From NCBI GenBank assembly GCA_048886185.1, contig JBHLKY010000003.1, positions 150,595 through 182,594 on the forward strand: DNA of 32,000 nucleotides, in the 5' to 3' direction. Origin of the DNA: Candidatus Hermodarchaeota archaeon. Lineage in GTDB: Archaea > Asgardarchaeota > Heimdallarchaeia > Hodarchaeales > Hodarchaeaceae. The number at the start of each line of letters is the position of its first letter. The first letter of the stretch is position 1. A program made the position numbers and the translations under genes. The notes under the pieces are model-generated. The model made no database searches, had not been told where the DNA came from, and worked only from the letters and a program-made list of their open reading frames with translations. Below are positions 12,439-22,256 of this stretch, one piece after another.

Positions 12439-15400
12439 ATGTCAATAAGAAATAAGTTCCAAGATTCAGTAAATACAATTGTTTTCTTACTTATTACATT
12501 CTCATTAGTATTCAGTTCTCTCAATACATGTAATATCCTGCAATTTTCTGATAAATCTGCTTCTGAGATTAATTACTTTCCAAAAAAAGAGTTTTTTACC
12601 CAGAATGTTCAAAAAAATATTTCTAAATTCCAAATTAATTCGTTTTCATCCAATGAAGAACCCATACCCTATTTTCTAGAACAAAGCAATGAATTCGATT
12701 TAGAACTTAACCAAATGAAACAAATATTAACCACATCAAACACAAACATTTCCATTAATTCAAAAGTTAAAAATTCATCCTTTCAGATCCTTTCAACAGG
12801 TAATACAAGCATTAATGAGTGGCAAAATGGTATCGAACCTGATTATGGATATGTTAATGTATCTACGTTTCTTTCGGAGGATGAAACTGTCTTTCAATTA
12901 AATTACTCTGATAATAGTGTGACTCCTGCTTCAGGAATTACTAACACGAAGTTTCTGGGCTCCTTCAATCCGAATGTAACAAGTTCTTCAACTATCATAT
13001 CTTTTGACTTTCGAATCCCATATGTAACCCCAGGCTTTTTGAGTACTTTACACACTCTTGTATTGGATTTTAGATTTAATAACGGCTCGATAAGCTTTAT
13101 ATTATCTGATTTCGGTGGAAGCATTGGTGAAATACTTGAGGAAAACATTACAAGGCCTAATGGATCTGATACATTATTCATATTGTGTAATGATACAGTA
13201 CCTTTCAGTTGGAAACATATTTCTTATAATATTACACGATTGGTCACAACATACTTTGATCTAGAGGATTACATAAAATTTTCAGAGCTTACTACCCTTT
13301 TCTGTTATTTGATTTCATTTTCACCAGAATTTCAATTATGTCTCGATTTAAACAATATAGAGTATTTTGCATCATTACCCTGCAATCCGCCAATTAACTA
13401 TTCAATAGGAGAAACAACTGTTTTTTCTGAGAATGGTTCTCTCTCTTTCGAGTCAGCTTTGGGAAATTTCACTTTTTGTGCTTACGAGGACTCCCCGAGG
13501 AATAATTCCCAGACATATCTAGAGGTTAACATATCTCGTATATTTAACTTGGAAAGCTTTTGTTGGGCTGAAAATTGGAATAAAACTAATGTGAAGATTA
13601 AGATGTTTCTGAATATTCCTAAAATTCTTGAAGGGGCATCTTCTAGTATAATACACATTTTTCTTCCTTCTGATTGGAATAATCTTAATATCATTAACCA
13701 TAGTGTTAATTTCAAGTTTCTTAACAAAACAAGAATGTTAAATGAATATACTTTAGGTAATTATTATAAGCTGAACGTCTCTAGAATAGAGGAGGGTATT
13801 CTAGAGGCATGGACATTAAATCATCTCTCAAATATTATTACTCCCACAGATATTAGCAGAAATGAAGTCATTGAAATTAGAGGTGACTTACATTATCCCT
13901 TACCGGGTTATATAAATTTATTTTTGCAAAATGGGTCTTTTATCTATCATCAAACAACACTCCCAATGATCAATTCAACTTTTATTTTTCCAAAAATAAC
14001 CATAACGGATCAATTCCCTCTTGGAATTGTACAATTAACTCTTAATTGGTCATATTCGCATGGATTTGGAATTTTTAAAAAGCTAGTTTATATTCATGAG
14101 GATGTTAATCTTCACTCACTTATTCTATTCCAATCGCCGCAAAATATAGATATACATCAGTTTGAACCATTATTGATTAACCTTAGCCTCTTAAAAAATG
14201 GGAATAAATACTCTACAAACTCAACTTTGGTATTCTTATTTATGGAGACTGAATGGTTACTTTTTTTTCAAACATCTAATAATGACTATATTTTAAATGT
14301 GTCTCATATTATTTGGAATCCAGGGGATTACACGCTTGATATTATCGCTTCTGATGGCAATTTATTTTTTGCAAAAAATGTTGTGAACATAACTGTTGAA
14401 CCTGCATCCATCTTTTGGAGTTTTGAAAATTTAAAAACAGAAATATTGAAAAACGAGAGTATTAATTTCCGAGTTTATTCTTATGTAGTTCCTCAAGGAA
14501 GTTTATATTTTAAAATTCTTTCAGGTTTAATTATTCGGATTTGGATTAATGACACAATAGTCTCTACCTATCAAACAAACTTATATGGATTTAGTGATGT
14601 TGAATTTTATCATGGAACCCTAATAGATGGGGATTTTCTTCAGGTTGTCCTAGAAGGTAGACTTGGAGGGGAGGTTGTTAAACTTCAAACAGTATTATTC
14701 CTTATTTCGAATGAAACAGTCCTAAACAGTGGAGATAGAGCCTATATTAAAGAAATAACGAGATCTGTAGTAAAGGCGAATGAAACTTTTTATATTTATT
14801 ACACTATCGAATACTTAAGCAATAATTCAAATTGGTTTATACAGATAGAAACATTTAGCGATTTAATATTATCCGCATTCATTTTAAGAGATAACTATGT
14901 TGTTGGAGCCCATATTGAGGATGAAAAGTTAATCTGGACACTTAAAGCAGATCCATCGATTAAAGACACTTTGGTTTTAGAATTACCAAGCCCAACAGTC
15001 TTGGTCAGAAAGGAATCTTTAGGAAAAAAGTTCAGATTGAAAATCTTAACAGAATCGAAATTAACGATCAATAACTACACAATAGAAATTAATTTACAAT
15101 TTCTAGGCTTCACATTTTCAAATATTTCTCTTTTTGATTCATTAAATCGTGATATCACAAATCTATTTCCAATGACCATTAAGGGGACATTTATTTCATT
15201 TTTCAATCTTAATATAATTGCTGGGCTAGAAATATGTTACTTCTTAGAAGGTTATCTTCATACATTAGAAATTGTAATAAAAAAGCCTTTTCTGCCAACT
15301 TATATGTATAATGAGAGTATTATTGGAAGCTGGAAATTTTCAGCCCAAATCAACTCCTCATATTCAGTTATATATACCATCTTAGGTTTAGGCTCTTGGG

Positions 15401-15966
15401 AATGTTATAATACTAGCCTAAAAGTATTCTCAAATGCATCTAGTATCGTAACAGCCTTTTTACCACCTCAAAAATGGAATTATTCAATTTCGATTCAATT
15501 GATAGTGAAATATCATTTTGCGTTTATAATAGGAAGTTCATTCCAGAACTTCTCAATTAGAGACCCATTTCCCCCAACATTAGATTATTCTATCGAACCA
15601 CTGGTTAATCTCATTCGAATACATGCTTTTGTATTTGAGCCTGATAGAGCTTCAGGAATCAAGAATGTCTCTCTATTAATAGGAGAAGAAAATTACTCTT
15701 CTCTTAATTTTTCATCATATCACTTTGAATTTGAAATCCCAACTGTCCTTGCAACTTCCTCATTCATCAAAATAAAGGTTTTCGATAGGGCTGGTAATGA
15801 AAGAACAACTGATTTCATTGATATTAATAATTTTATTTCTAATTCTTCTTCTCTTTTCATGAATTTAGCAACACAATTTCTCTTTTCTACTCTTTTTTCT
15901 GTAGTTATAGTTAGTAGCATTCTCTTTTCTCGAATAATTCGAAGGAGAAGGGCCTCAATTCTTTGA
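12439..15966 (+). CDS. Large cell-surface glycoprotein (N-terminal signal/TM, beta-rich repeats, C-terminal Ig-like domain and TM anchor)
   Basis: Hydrophobic N-terminus; about 45 N-x-S/T sequons by hand count; DPFPP...SGIKNV...DRAGN Ig-like signature; C-terminal TM followed by RRRR. Confidence 0.8.
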   Translation: MSIRNKFQDSVNTIVFLLITFSLVFSSLNTCNILQFSDKSASEINYFPKKEFFTQNVQKNISKFQINSFSSNEEPIPYFLEQSNEFDLELNQMKQILTTSNTNISINSKVKNSSFQILSTGNTSINEWQNGIEPDYGYVNVSTFLSEDETVFQLNYSDNSVTPASGITNTKFLGSFNPNVTSSSTIISFDFRIPYVTPGFLSTLHTLVLDFRFNNGSISFILSDFGGSIGEILEENITRPNGSDTLFILCNDTVPFSWKHISYNITRLVTTYFDLEDYIKFSELTTLFCYLISFSPEFQLCLDLNNIEYFASLPCNPPINYSIGETTVFSENGSLSFESALGNFTFCAYEDSPRNNSQTYLEVNISRIFNLESFCWAENWNKTNVKIKMFLNIPKILEGASSSIIHIFLPSDWNNLNIINHSVNFKFLNKTRMLNEYTLGNYYKLNVSRIEEGILEAWTLNHLSNIITPTDISRNEVIEIRGDLHYPLPGYINLFLQNGSFIYHQTTLPMINSTFIFPKITITDQFPLGIVQLTLNWSYSHGFGIFKKLVYIHEDVNLHSLILFQSPQNIDIHQFEPLLINLSLLKNGNKYSTNSTLVFLFMETEWLLFFQTSNNDYILNVSHIIWNPGDYTLDIIASDGNLFFAKNVVNITVEPASIFWSFENLKTEILKNESINFRVYSYVVPQGSLYFKILSGLIIRIWINDTIVSTYQTNLYGFSDVEFYHGTLIDGDFLQVVLEGRLGGEVVKLQTVLFLISNETVLNSGDRAYIKEITRSVVKANETFYIYYTIEYLSNNSNWFIQIETFSDLILSAFILRDNYVVGAHIEDEKLIWTLKADPSIKDTLVLELPSPTVLVRKESLGKKFRLKILTESKLTINNYTIEINLQFLGFTFSNISLFDSLNRDITNLFPMTIKGTFISFFNLNIIAGLEICYFLEGYLHTLEIVIKKPFLPTYMYNESIIGSWKFSAQINSSYSVIYTILGLGSWECYNTSLKVFSNASSIVTAFLPPQKWNYSISIQLIVKYHFAFIIGSSFQNFSIRDPFPPTLDYSIEPLVNLIRIHAFVFEPDRASGIKNVSLLIGEENYSSLNFSSYHFEFEIPTVLATSSFIKIKVFDRAGNERTTDFIDINNFISNSSSLFMNLATQFLFSTLFSVVIVSSILFSRIIRRRRASIL

Positions 15967-15976
15967 GCTGAAAAAT

Positions 15977-17434
15977 GTGGATCAAATTACATTGAAAGAA
16001 AAAATCAGGATTTTCATCATAACATCTTTTCTATTCATTATTCTAATCTCTGTAGAAGGTTTTATTATATTAGATGATCCTAGCGGAATTTTAAAGGAAT
16101 TTCTAGCATCTCCTATTGAGTTAATAAACTATCTTCCTATCATTATACTGCTGTTTGTATTCGTTAGAGAAATAACTTCATTATTTAACAAGAATGTTCC
16201 AATGTTAGATTTCACGTGGCTAAGAAAAGGTATAATCTTTGTCTCAAATTTCAATATTTACTTGGTGATTTTCGAGACACATTCCCTTGGAAAAATCCAA
16301 ACAAGCGAATTAAGCCAATTAAAGCATTTAGAATTGTTCTCATTAGAATTGGACAAAAAAAATAGATGTGTTAGGGTCATTCTTTATTCAAATTCCTATA
16401 AAGAATTGGATAAATTAATTATAAATTCAAAACCAATTCTAGAGGTTGTTTTACCTGATATTCACTTAATCTCATTCATTCATTATAAGAAGTTGTTCGA
16501 TAAGACTGAAGTAGTCAAATTCAGAAAACAATTCATTTTAAAAGAGAATTCAAAATTTCTTTTCCCTCAATTTATCAGTAATCCTACTGCGAGTATTAGT
16601 TCTTCGTTTTCCAGAATTGTTTTAGCCTTCAACATTCATAAAAGAGGAAATAGCAGTGAAAATGATAATGTAGTTAGATGTGTTCAGTTATATTGTCTTG
16701 AAGATTTTAATCAGAATTCTTTTTTTAGGTGGGCAAATAAGATACTTTCAAGCCCTCATAAGAACTCACCTAAATTCCTTTGGGGCAATCATGAGCTTCA
16801 AAGGATTAGATTGAGATGTCAGATTGAAAAAAGATTCTTATTTTGTTTTCAAGATGGACTCAATTTATTTAATCGTGAGTTAGCTCTTCTCCTGTTAGGA
16901 TTAAAGAAAGTTGGAATTGAAGAAAAGAAAACTGACTATTCTCTTGATACAAAACAATATGAAACAAAACACTCATCCTTATTAAGTACAGAAACTGAAA
17001 TACATACCTCTGGAGCAAATCAAATCTGTTCCGAAATGTGTAATATTCTGAAAGAGAATAAATTATCGAATACAGAAAAAGAAAAGAAATGCGTCAAAAG
17101 AGGAGCTCTTAGCAAGAAATTATTGATAAATGATGATTTTTATTTAATTATTGAAAATATTTTGAAACAAAAAAAAGAAACAGATCAATTTCATCTAATT
17201 TCCGAATTATACAAACAAATCTCACATAAACAATTCTTTTGTGTGCTAGCACATTTGAGTCAGATAAGAAAGCCTGAAATATCTCATCAAAAGATTATCA
17301 AAATTATTATAATTCTATTAAGATTGATTTATCAAGTTCAGGTAACTCCTTCTAGTGATAAAAGATCTCCTTCTGTAGTATTGGCTGATAATGAAGTGAT
17401 TGAAAAGATTTCTCCCTCATTGACTCCAAATTAG
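15977..17434 (+). CDS. Hypothetical protein with two N-terminal TM helices and a cytoplasmic domain
   Basis: 485-aa ORF with GTG start, 10 nt after the glycoprotein stop; no NTPase motif. Confidence 0.7.
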   Translation: MDQITLKEKIRIFIITSFLFIILISVEGFIILDDPSGILKEFLASPIELINYLPIIILLFVFVREITSLFNKNVPMLDFTWLRKGIIFVSNFNIYLVIFETHSLGKIQTSELSQLKHLELFSLELDKKNRCVRVILYSNSYKELDKLIINSKPILEVVLPDIHLISFIHYKKLFDKTEVVKFRKQFILKENSKFLFPQFISNPTASISSSFSRIVLAFNIHKRGNSSENDNVVRCVQLYCLEDFNQNSFFRWANKILSSPHKNSPKFLWGNHELQRIRLRCQIEKRFLFCFQDGLNLFNRELALLLLGLKKVGIEEKKTDYSLDTKQYETKHSSLLSTETEIHTSGANQICSEMCNILKENKLSNTEKEKKCVKRGALSKKLLINDDFYLIIENILKQKKETDQFHLISELYKQISHKQFFCVLAHLSQIRKPEISHQKIIKIIIILLRLIYQVQVTPSSDKRSPSVVLADNEVIEKISPSLTPN

Positions 17435-17442
17435 ATAAGGAA

Positions 17443-17545
17443 TGGGCCCACCCGGATTTGAACCGGGGATCTTTTCCTTAACATTTGGAACAAATGTTAT
17501 CTCGGTTATCAGCCGAGCGCTTTAACCAGGCTAAGCCATGGGCCC
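17443..17545 (-). tRNA. trnI: tRNA-Ile(GAU) with a 28-nt non-canonical intron at 43/44 (17473-17500)
   Basis: GGGCCCA/TGGGCCC acceptor, CTCGG-CTGATAA-CCGAG anticodon arm, CCCGG-TTCAAAT-CCGGG T arm. Removing the 28-nt hairpin insert gives a normal 75-nt tRNA. Confidence 0.93.
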
Positions 17546-17605
17546 TTTTTTGATATGAAAAAAGGTAAGATTTTTCCTGAGTCTTCCTTAAATAAATCTT
17601 GTGGA

Positions 17606-18007
17606 CTATCGATAACTCTTGGTATATTTTGCTCGCGCTCCTGGTCCACCAAAGTGCTTAGGTTCACGACGACGTGGATCTCCTACTATCATATGACGAT
17701 CATATTCAATAAGTTTAACCCGTAATTCTTCAGAATCAGTCCAAGATAAAAGAGCTCGTGCGATAGCAGTTCTAGCAGCGTCAGCTTGACCCATATACCC
17801 TCCACCTTTAACTTTAACCTTAATATCTATTTTATTTTTAGTTTTTTCATCAATAAAATAGAATGGCTCCAATAATTTCAACCTGACAATTTCAGGCTCA
17901 ATGATCTCTATTGGTTTGCCATTAATTAATATTCTACCTTTTCCTTCTTTGATAATGGCACGCGCAATAGCAGTACGTCGCTTTCCACTTCGTAACATAC
18001 TTTTCAT
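17606..18007 (-). CDS. rps9: 30S ribosomal protein uS9
   Basis: SGKRRTAIARA, GGGYMGQADA, EPKHFGGPGARAKYTKSYR. Confidence 0.97.
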   Translation of the reverse strand: MKSMLRSGKRRTAIARAIIKEGKGRILINGKPIEIIEPEIVRLKLLEPFYFIDEKTKNKIDIKVKVKGGGYMGQADAARTAIARALLSWTDSEELRVKLIEYDRHMIVGDPRRREPKHFGGPGARAKYTKSYR

Positions 18008-18017
18008 TTATAAACCT

Positions 18018-18455
18018 TCATATCTTTGATTTCAATTCGCCAAGGGATATGTAAGATGCTTTAGGATTTATTTTCTGAGTTGCTGGGATGATTTCAATTT
18101 CTTTTTCGTGTAATTCTTCAGGAAAGTCCTTGAAAACAACCAAGCGATTATAAGCTTCCTTTCCTTTACTTTTATGATATGGAAGCATACCACGAATCGT
18201 TCTCTTCAGGATCTTGTCGGTTTCACGGGGGTAAAAAGGACCTTTTAATGGATTCGATTTGGTTTTAATTCTCCTTCTTTGCGAATATCTGCTGGCTATT
18301 AGATCTCCTCTTCCAGAAATCAATCCTTTATCTGCATTGACTATTATGATCTTTTCTCCATTCAATAACCTTTTAGCTACAATACTTGCTAATCGACCTA
18401 AAATAGAATTTTCTGCATTTATGATGTTTGATTCATCTAATAAATTATCGAGCAT
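18018..18455 (-). CDS. rpl13: 50S ribosomal protein uL13
   Basis: INAENSILGRLAS, GPFYPR, RTIRGMLPY. Confidence 0.97.
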   Translation of the reverse strand: MLDNLLDESNIINAENSILGRLASIVAKRLLNGEKIIIVNADKGLISGRGDLIASRYSQRRRIKTKSNPLKGPFYPRETDKILKRTIRGMLPYHKSKGKEAYNRLVVFKDFPEELHEKEIEIIPATQKINPKASYISLGELKSKI

Positions 18456-18475
18456 TATTTTTTCCTCTTTTTCCC

Positions 18476-18862
18476 TTATTTAATTATTCTGATTTTAGAT
18501 CCATTAGGATTCTTTTTTACAAGATCTTCGATGGTTAGACAATGTCCACCAACAGAGGTGATTTTCTCTCGAGCTGCTTCTGAAAACGATTCTGCTGCAA
18601 TATCAAGTTGATGATTCAATAATCCTGTACCCAGAACCTTCCCTGGTATCAATAAAACATCACCTGGAGATGATATTCTATTTAGATGGGATAAATTCAC
18701 GGTAACGCGCCTCCTTTTCGCCCTTGATAGTTCAGACGCTAGTAACGACCAGATTTTAGCGTTATTTGCAGCAGCGACTCCTTTCAAAAGCCTAATTAAC
18801 GTGATTTTGTTTGGATCTGATCTTCCCTTAGTTTTCAACTGAATCACACTTTTAAAACTCAT
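18476..18862 (-). CDS. rpl18e: 50S ribosomal protein eL18
   Basis: VNLSHLNR, LLIPGKVLGTG, AAESFSEAAREKI. Confidence 0.96.
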   Translation of the reverse strand: MSFKSVIQLKTKGRSDPNKITLIRLLKGVAAANNAKIWSLLASELSRAKRRRVTVNLSHLNRISSPGDVLLIPGKVLGTGLLNHQLDIAAESFSEAAREKITSVGGHCLTIEDLVKKNPNGSKIRIIK

Positions 18863-19652
18863 TTACAAGAATATTAAATTCTTTTGTTTTTTCTTTCAAT
18901 AGTTTAAGAGCTTCAATCAGAATATTTTTGATCGAAAGTGCTCCAGTACTTTCAATGATAAATACGAAATCTTTCCCAGTTGTTGATACTGTAACAGCAT
19001 CCAATTCACAGATATCAACACATTGGTTGCATAAACTGCAATTTATCACATTTACAGCCAGAATTTCATCGTTTTCAATCTTTATGATATCTCGAGGACA
19101 AACCTCAACACAATCTCCACAAAAAGTACAATTGTTTAGATTAAATTCAACATAAGGATTATATTTGTAAGAAACTGTTGAAATGGGTTGCCACTTTGCA
19201 TGATCTATCCCTCTACCAAGTCGAGCAATAGCTTCGAGAAAAATCTTTTGGTCTCTAGCCATTTTAAGAATTGGAATATTTGGGTGAACAGGAACTATTT
19301 TGGGATCTTGAGATAATAAATGACTGGAAAAAACTATTTCTACATCTTGGTCACCCGATTTTTCTAGAGTTAAAGAAACCTCACAGGAAGTACACCCTTG
19401 TCCCCCACATGAACATAATTCGTGTCTGACATAGTTTTCTAGATCAGTCTTAAGAGGAATTAGTCCTAATCTATGTGCTACGATTTCATCATAAAGAGGT
19501 GTTGTATTCTCTATTACAATTACTTCATCAATTGCCATTGTGGGAACTTCACTCAGGATCATTCTCCGCAAAGTATTTGCGAAGGTTGGGGTTACTTCAG
19601 AGAGAATAAACTTGACGAAATTCGCTCTTTGTTCAATAATCTCTAATTCCAA
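18852..19652 (-). CDS. rpoD: RNA polymerase subunit D (Rpo3) with ferredoxin-like Fe-S domain
   Basis: ANTLRRMILSEVPTMAID, HRLGLIPL, HAKWQP, and CxxCxxCxxxC motifs; TTG start. Confidence 0.97.
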   Translation of the reverse strand: MELEIIEQRANFVKFILSEVTPTFANTLRRMILSEVPTMAIDEVIVIENTTPLYDEIVAHRLGLIPLKTDLENYVRHELCSCGGQGCTSCEVSLTLEKSGDQDVEIVFSSHLLSQDPKIVPVHPNIPILKMARDQKIFLEAIARLGRGIDHAKWQPISTVSYKYNPYVEFNLNNCTFCGDCVEVCPRDIIKIENDEILAVNVINCSLCNQCVDICELDAVTVSTTGKDFVFIIESTGALSIKNILIEALKLLKEKTKEFNILVNEF

Positions 19653-20470
19653 AGATAAAATACCACCTTTATTTGGATCACTTTATTCTAGAACCTAACG
19701 TTAGAATCAAAGAAAAAAACCCATTTTTTCTCTTCTTCTTACTGTTGGTGACTCATAGTGATGTATTTCGTACGATATGGCTGCAATTAAGTTAGCTATA
19801 AATGTTTTTTTCTGAATCTGGTTTCTTTTCTGAAGAAATGCTGAATTAAACCTTTCAAAAGAAATAATCGTTCATTTAATCCTGAATTTCACCCAAGTAT
19901 AGAAAATAATGTTCCCTTATAGAGTTAGCGGGAAAATTAAGGTTTTTTTTATTGAAGCATTTGTAACTAGAATCATTATTGCAGACTCTCTCTGTGGATT
20001 TACTACCTTTCATAAGAAATCACCTGTAAAATAAAAGTAGGAAGGAAAAAAACTCCTCCTATTCTTTTAATTAAGACGGAGGAATCACCTGTGGTGATTG
20101 ATAGATGTTGGAAGTGACAATTAATACAAAATGTTGAACTATTGCATTAACAAGATTCGGTTGGAGTTAACAAGAGGAATTTAAGCCCTCATTGTAGGAA
20201 TACCTTTATATGATTAGATTCTGCGTCAAACCTTGAATTCTCATTCTCAATATTAATTTGAAATCTATTGGGGGAAAACTAGAAAACAAACTACCATTAG
20301 ATGATTTATAAGGCCTCTTCAGAGTTCTCTGAGCTTAATAATACTCTAGTAGCAGAAGAAAGATATGAAATAACCTAAATAAATTGGACTAATGACTGAC
20401 TTACTCAAAATTAGGACTTTAAAAAAGATTAGCTCTTTCATTTAATGAGCACTTGTAAAAGATGGTTTAA

Positions 20471-20749
20471 ATGGTATTGATAATCCTAAGTCAATGGGAT
20501 GAATATATTCGTGGATGGCAACTTCTTATTGAATCTGGAGATCAGATCTTTTGGACAATCCTCATTCTTGTTGCTTGGATAGTTCGAGCAATATCCCTAA
20601 CAATGATTCTTATCCAGCTTGGAGAAAAGTTGATTCGAAATAAGAAAGACTTTGAATTCAATATTTTGATCACTGTAGTAATTTTTATTTTAGTAACAGT
20701 TCCATTTTTTTTGGCTGGACTACCTCTAATTTATCCTATTATACCTTAA
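20471..20749 (+). CDS. Small membrane protein (2-3 TM), unknown function
   Basis: 92-aa hydrophobic ORF with a basic loop (LGEKLIRNKKD), convergent with ksgA. Confidence 0.55.
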   Translation: MVLIILSQWDEYIRGWQLLIESGDQIFWTILILVAWIVRAISLTMILIQLGEKLIRNKKDFEFNILITVVIFILVTVPFFLAGLPLIYPIIP

Positions 20750-20765
20750 TCTCGAAATGATCATT

Positions 20766-21641
20766 TCATTTGGACAAAAAAGTGATTAAAATTTCATTAA
20801 AAACATTAAAAAGGTCAAGTATTTCACTAGGGGAAAGACTGATTGGCTTACGAGAATGATATTCAAGCCTATCTAATTCATTCATGAATAATTTTCGCTG
20901 ATCACGTGAATATTGTTTTGCATATATCTGTAAATTATTTCTTACCTTTTTATGTTTTCGACAAAACAATCGTGTTAAAAATTCGAAGAAATTTTTGTCT
21001 TTTATTATCTCAGGGGATTTCAACTTAGTACCACGTACAAGAGCTGATTGAACCTTGGGCCTAGGGGTAAAGTAGTGAGGGGGGAATGTTTGGATTAGCT
21101 CAAACTTATAAGAATATGAGGAAAAGACTGAAATTCGGCTATAAGAAGAATCTCCTGGTTTTGCACACAGATGGTTAGCAAACTCTCTTTGTAAGGTAAG
21201 TGCCATGATTTCAGGTCGATTTTCAATCGTTGTTATCTTTTTGATAAAGGGGGAGGATATATTGAATGGAAGATTAGAAATCAGTTTCTGATGAGGAGGA
21301 ATTTCAAGGTTAAGAAAATCTCCTGAAATGATTTTTAATTTCTCACCATAATTAATAAATTCTTTTTTTACTATAGAGGAAAGAATTGGATCGATTTCAA
21401 AAGAGAAAACTTTTTGACATTTTTGAAGGAGAAAATAGGTTAGTGTGCCAATTCCAGTTCCAACTTCAACAATAATATCTTCCTGACTGGTATCTACAAC
21501 TGAAAGAAGGGCATCAATCACAGCTTTCTCTATAACAAAATTTTGTCCTGAAGATTTTGATGGAGTAATGGCATATTTTTGAACTATAGTCTTAGTGTAC
21601 TTCTTTAGATTTCCTTTTTCAAGCAGATTGAAGAAGCTCAA
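20766..21641 (-). CDS. rsmA: 16S rRNA dimethyladenosine transferase KsgA/Dim1
   Basis: GQNF, VEVGTGIGTLT, EID, SNLPF, QREFA, PRPKVQS motifs; follows DUF655 as usual. Confidence 0.95.
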   Translation of the reverse strand: MSFFNLLEKGNLKKYTKTIVQKYAITPSKSSGQNFVIEKAVIDALLSVVDTSQEDIIVEVGTGIGTLTYFLLQKCQKVFSFEIDPILSSIVKKEFINYGEKLKIISGDFLNLEIPPHQKLISNLPFNISSPFIKKITTIENRPEIMALTLQREFANHLCAKPGDSSYSRISVFSSYSYKFELIQTFPPHYFTPRPKVQSALVRGTKLKSPEIIKDKNFFEFLTRLFCRKHKKVRNNLQIYAKQYSRDQRKLFMNELDRLEYHSRKPISLSPSEILDLFNVFNEILITFLSK

Positions 21642-21653
21642 TATCGGTCAAGT

Positions 21654-22256
21654 TTATAAGGATTTTTTTGTGAATAAATAATATTTTGGTGAAGTTTCAA
21701 GTTCTAACAGAATACGATTAGTGAATATTGACATGGGATCTGTGATTCCAGTTCTTTTGGTGAAATCACCAAAGGATGAGAATGGACCCTGTTTTCTGGC
21801 TTCTAAAATTGACCATAGTCTCTTTTGTCCAATTCCAGGAAGTAATTCAAGCTGGTGCATTCGTGTTGTGAGTGGGTGTGCCAGATTGATGAAATTTATA
21901 TATTTTGATTCTGATGAATTTACAATATTCTTGATTATAAGAGGGAGGCTTTCCAGAGCCAAACTAGAAAGTTGATCATATCGGAGCTGTTTTACTCGTA
22001 AAATGCGTTTATTTCTTGGTGAAAGTAGTAAAGTATCACCTACTGTGAGTCTTAATCCATTTACCAAAATCACATCAAAAAGTTGGAATCCTTTAACCGT
22101 GATGACAACTGCTAACGGATTATAATCTTCAGAACGTCTGTGACTTAATGATTTTCCTTGAGGATAAAAATCTATTACTACGCTCTCTCCTATGATTTCA
22201 AATCGGTCTTTTAGTTTCCTCTCCTCTCTTTTTCCTCGTTGATCTCTTCTTCTCAT
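21654..22256 (-). CDS. DUF655 / COG1491 predicted RNA-binding protein
   Basis: VIDFYPQG, PLTTRMHQLELLPGIG, PFSSF, KYYLF; canonical neighbour of ksgA. Confidence 0.92.
   Translation of the reverse strand: MRRRDQRGKREERKLKDRFEIIGESVVIDFYPQGKSLSHRRSEDYNPLAVVITVKGFQLFDVILVNGLRLTVGDTLLLSPRNKRILRVKQLRYDQLSSLALESLPLIIKNIVNSSESKYINFINLAHPLTTRMHQLELLPGIGQKRLWSILEARKQGPFSSFGDFTKRTGITDPMSIFTNRILLELETSPKYYLFTKKSL

Noticed and set aside
7533-17545. Accessory block ending 8 nt from the tRNA-Ile 3' end, as for a tRNA-integrated element
   Set aside because: No integrase, no duplicated tRNA 3' end (att) found near 7.5 kb, and no other mobility genes.
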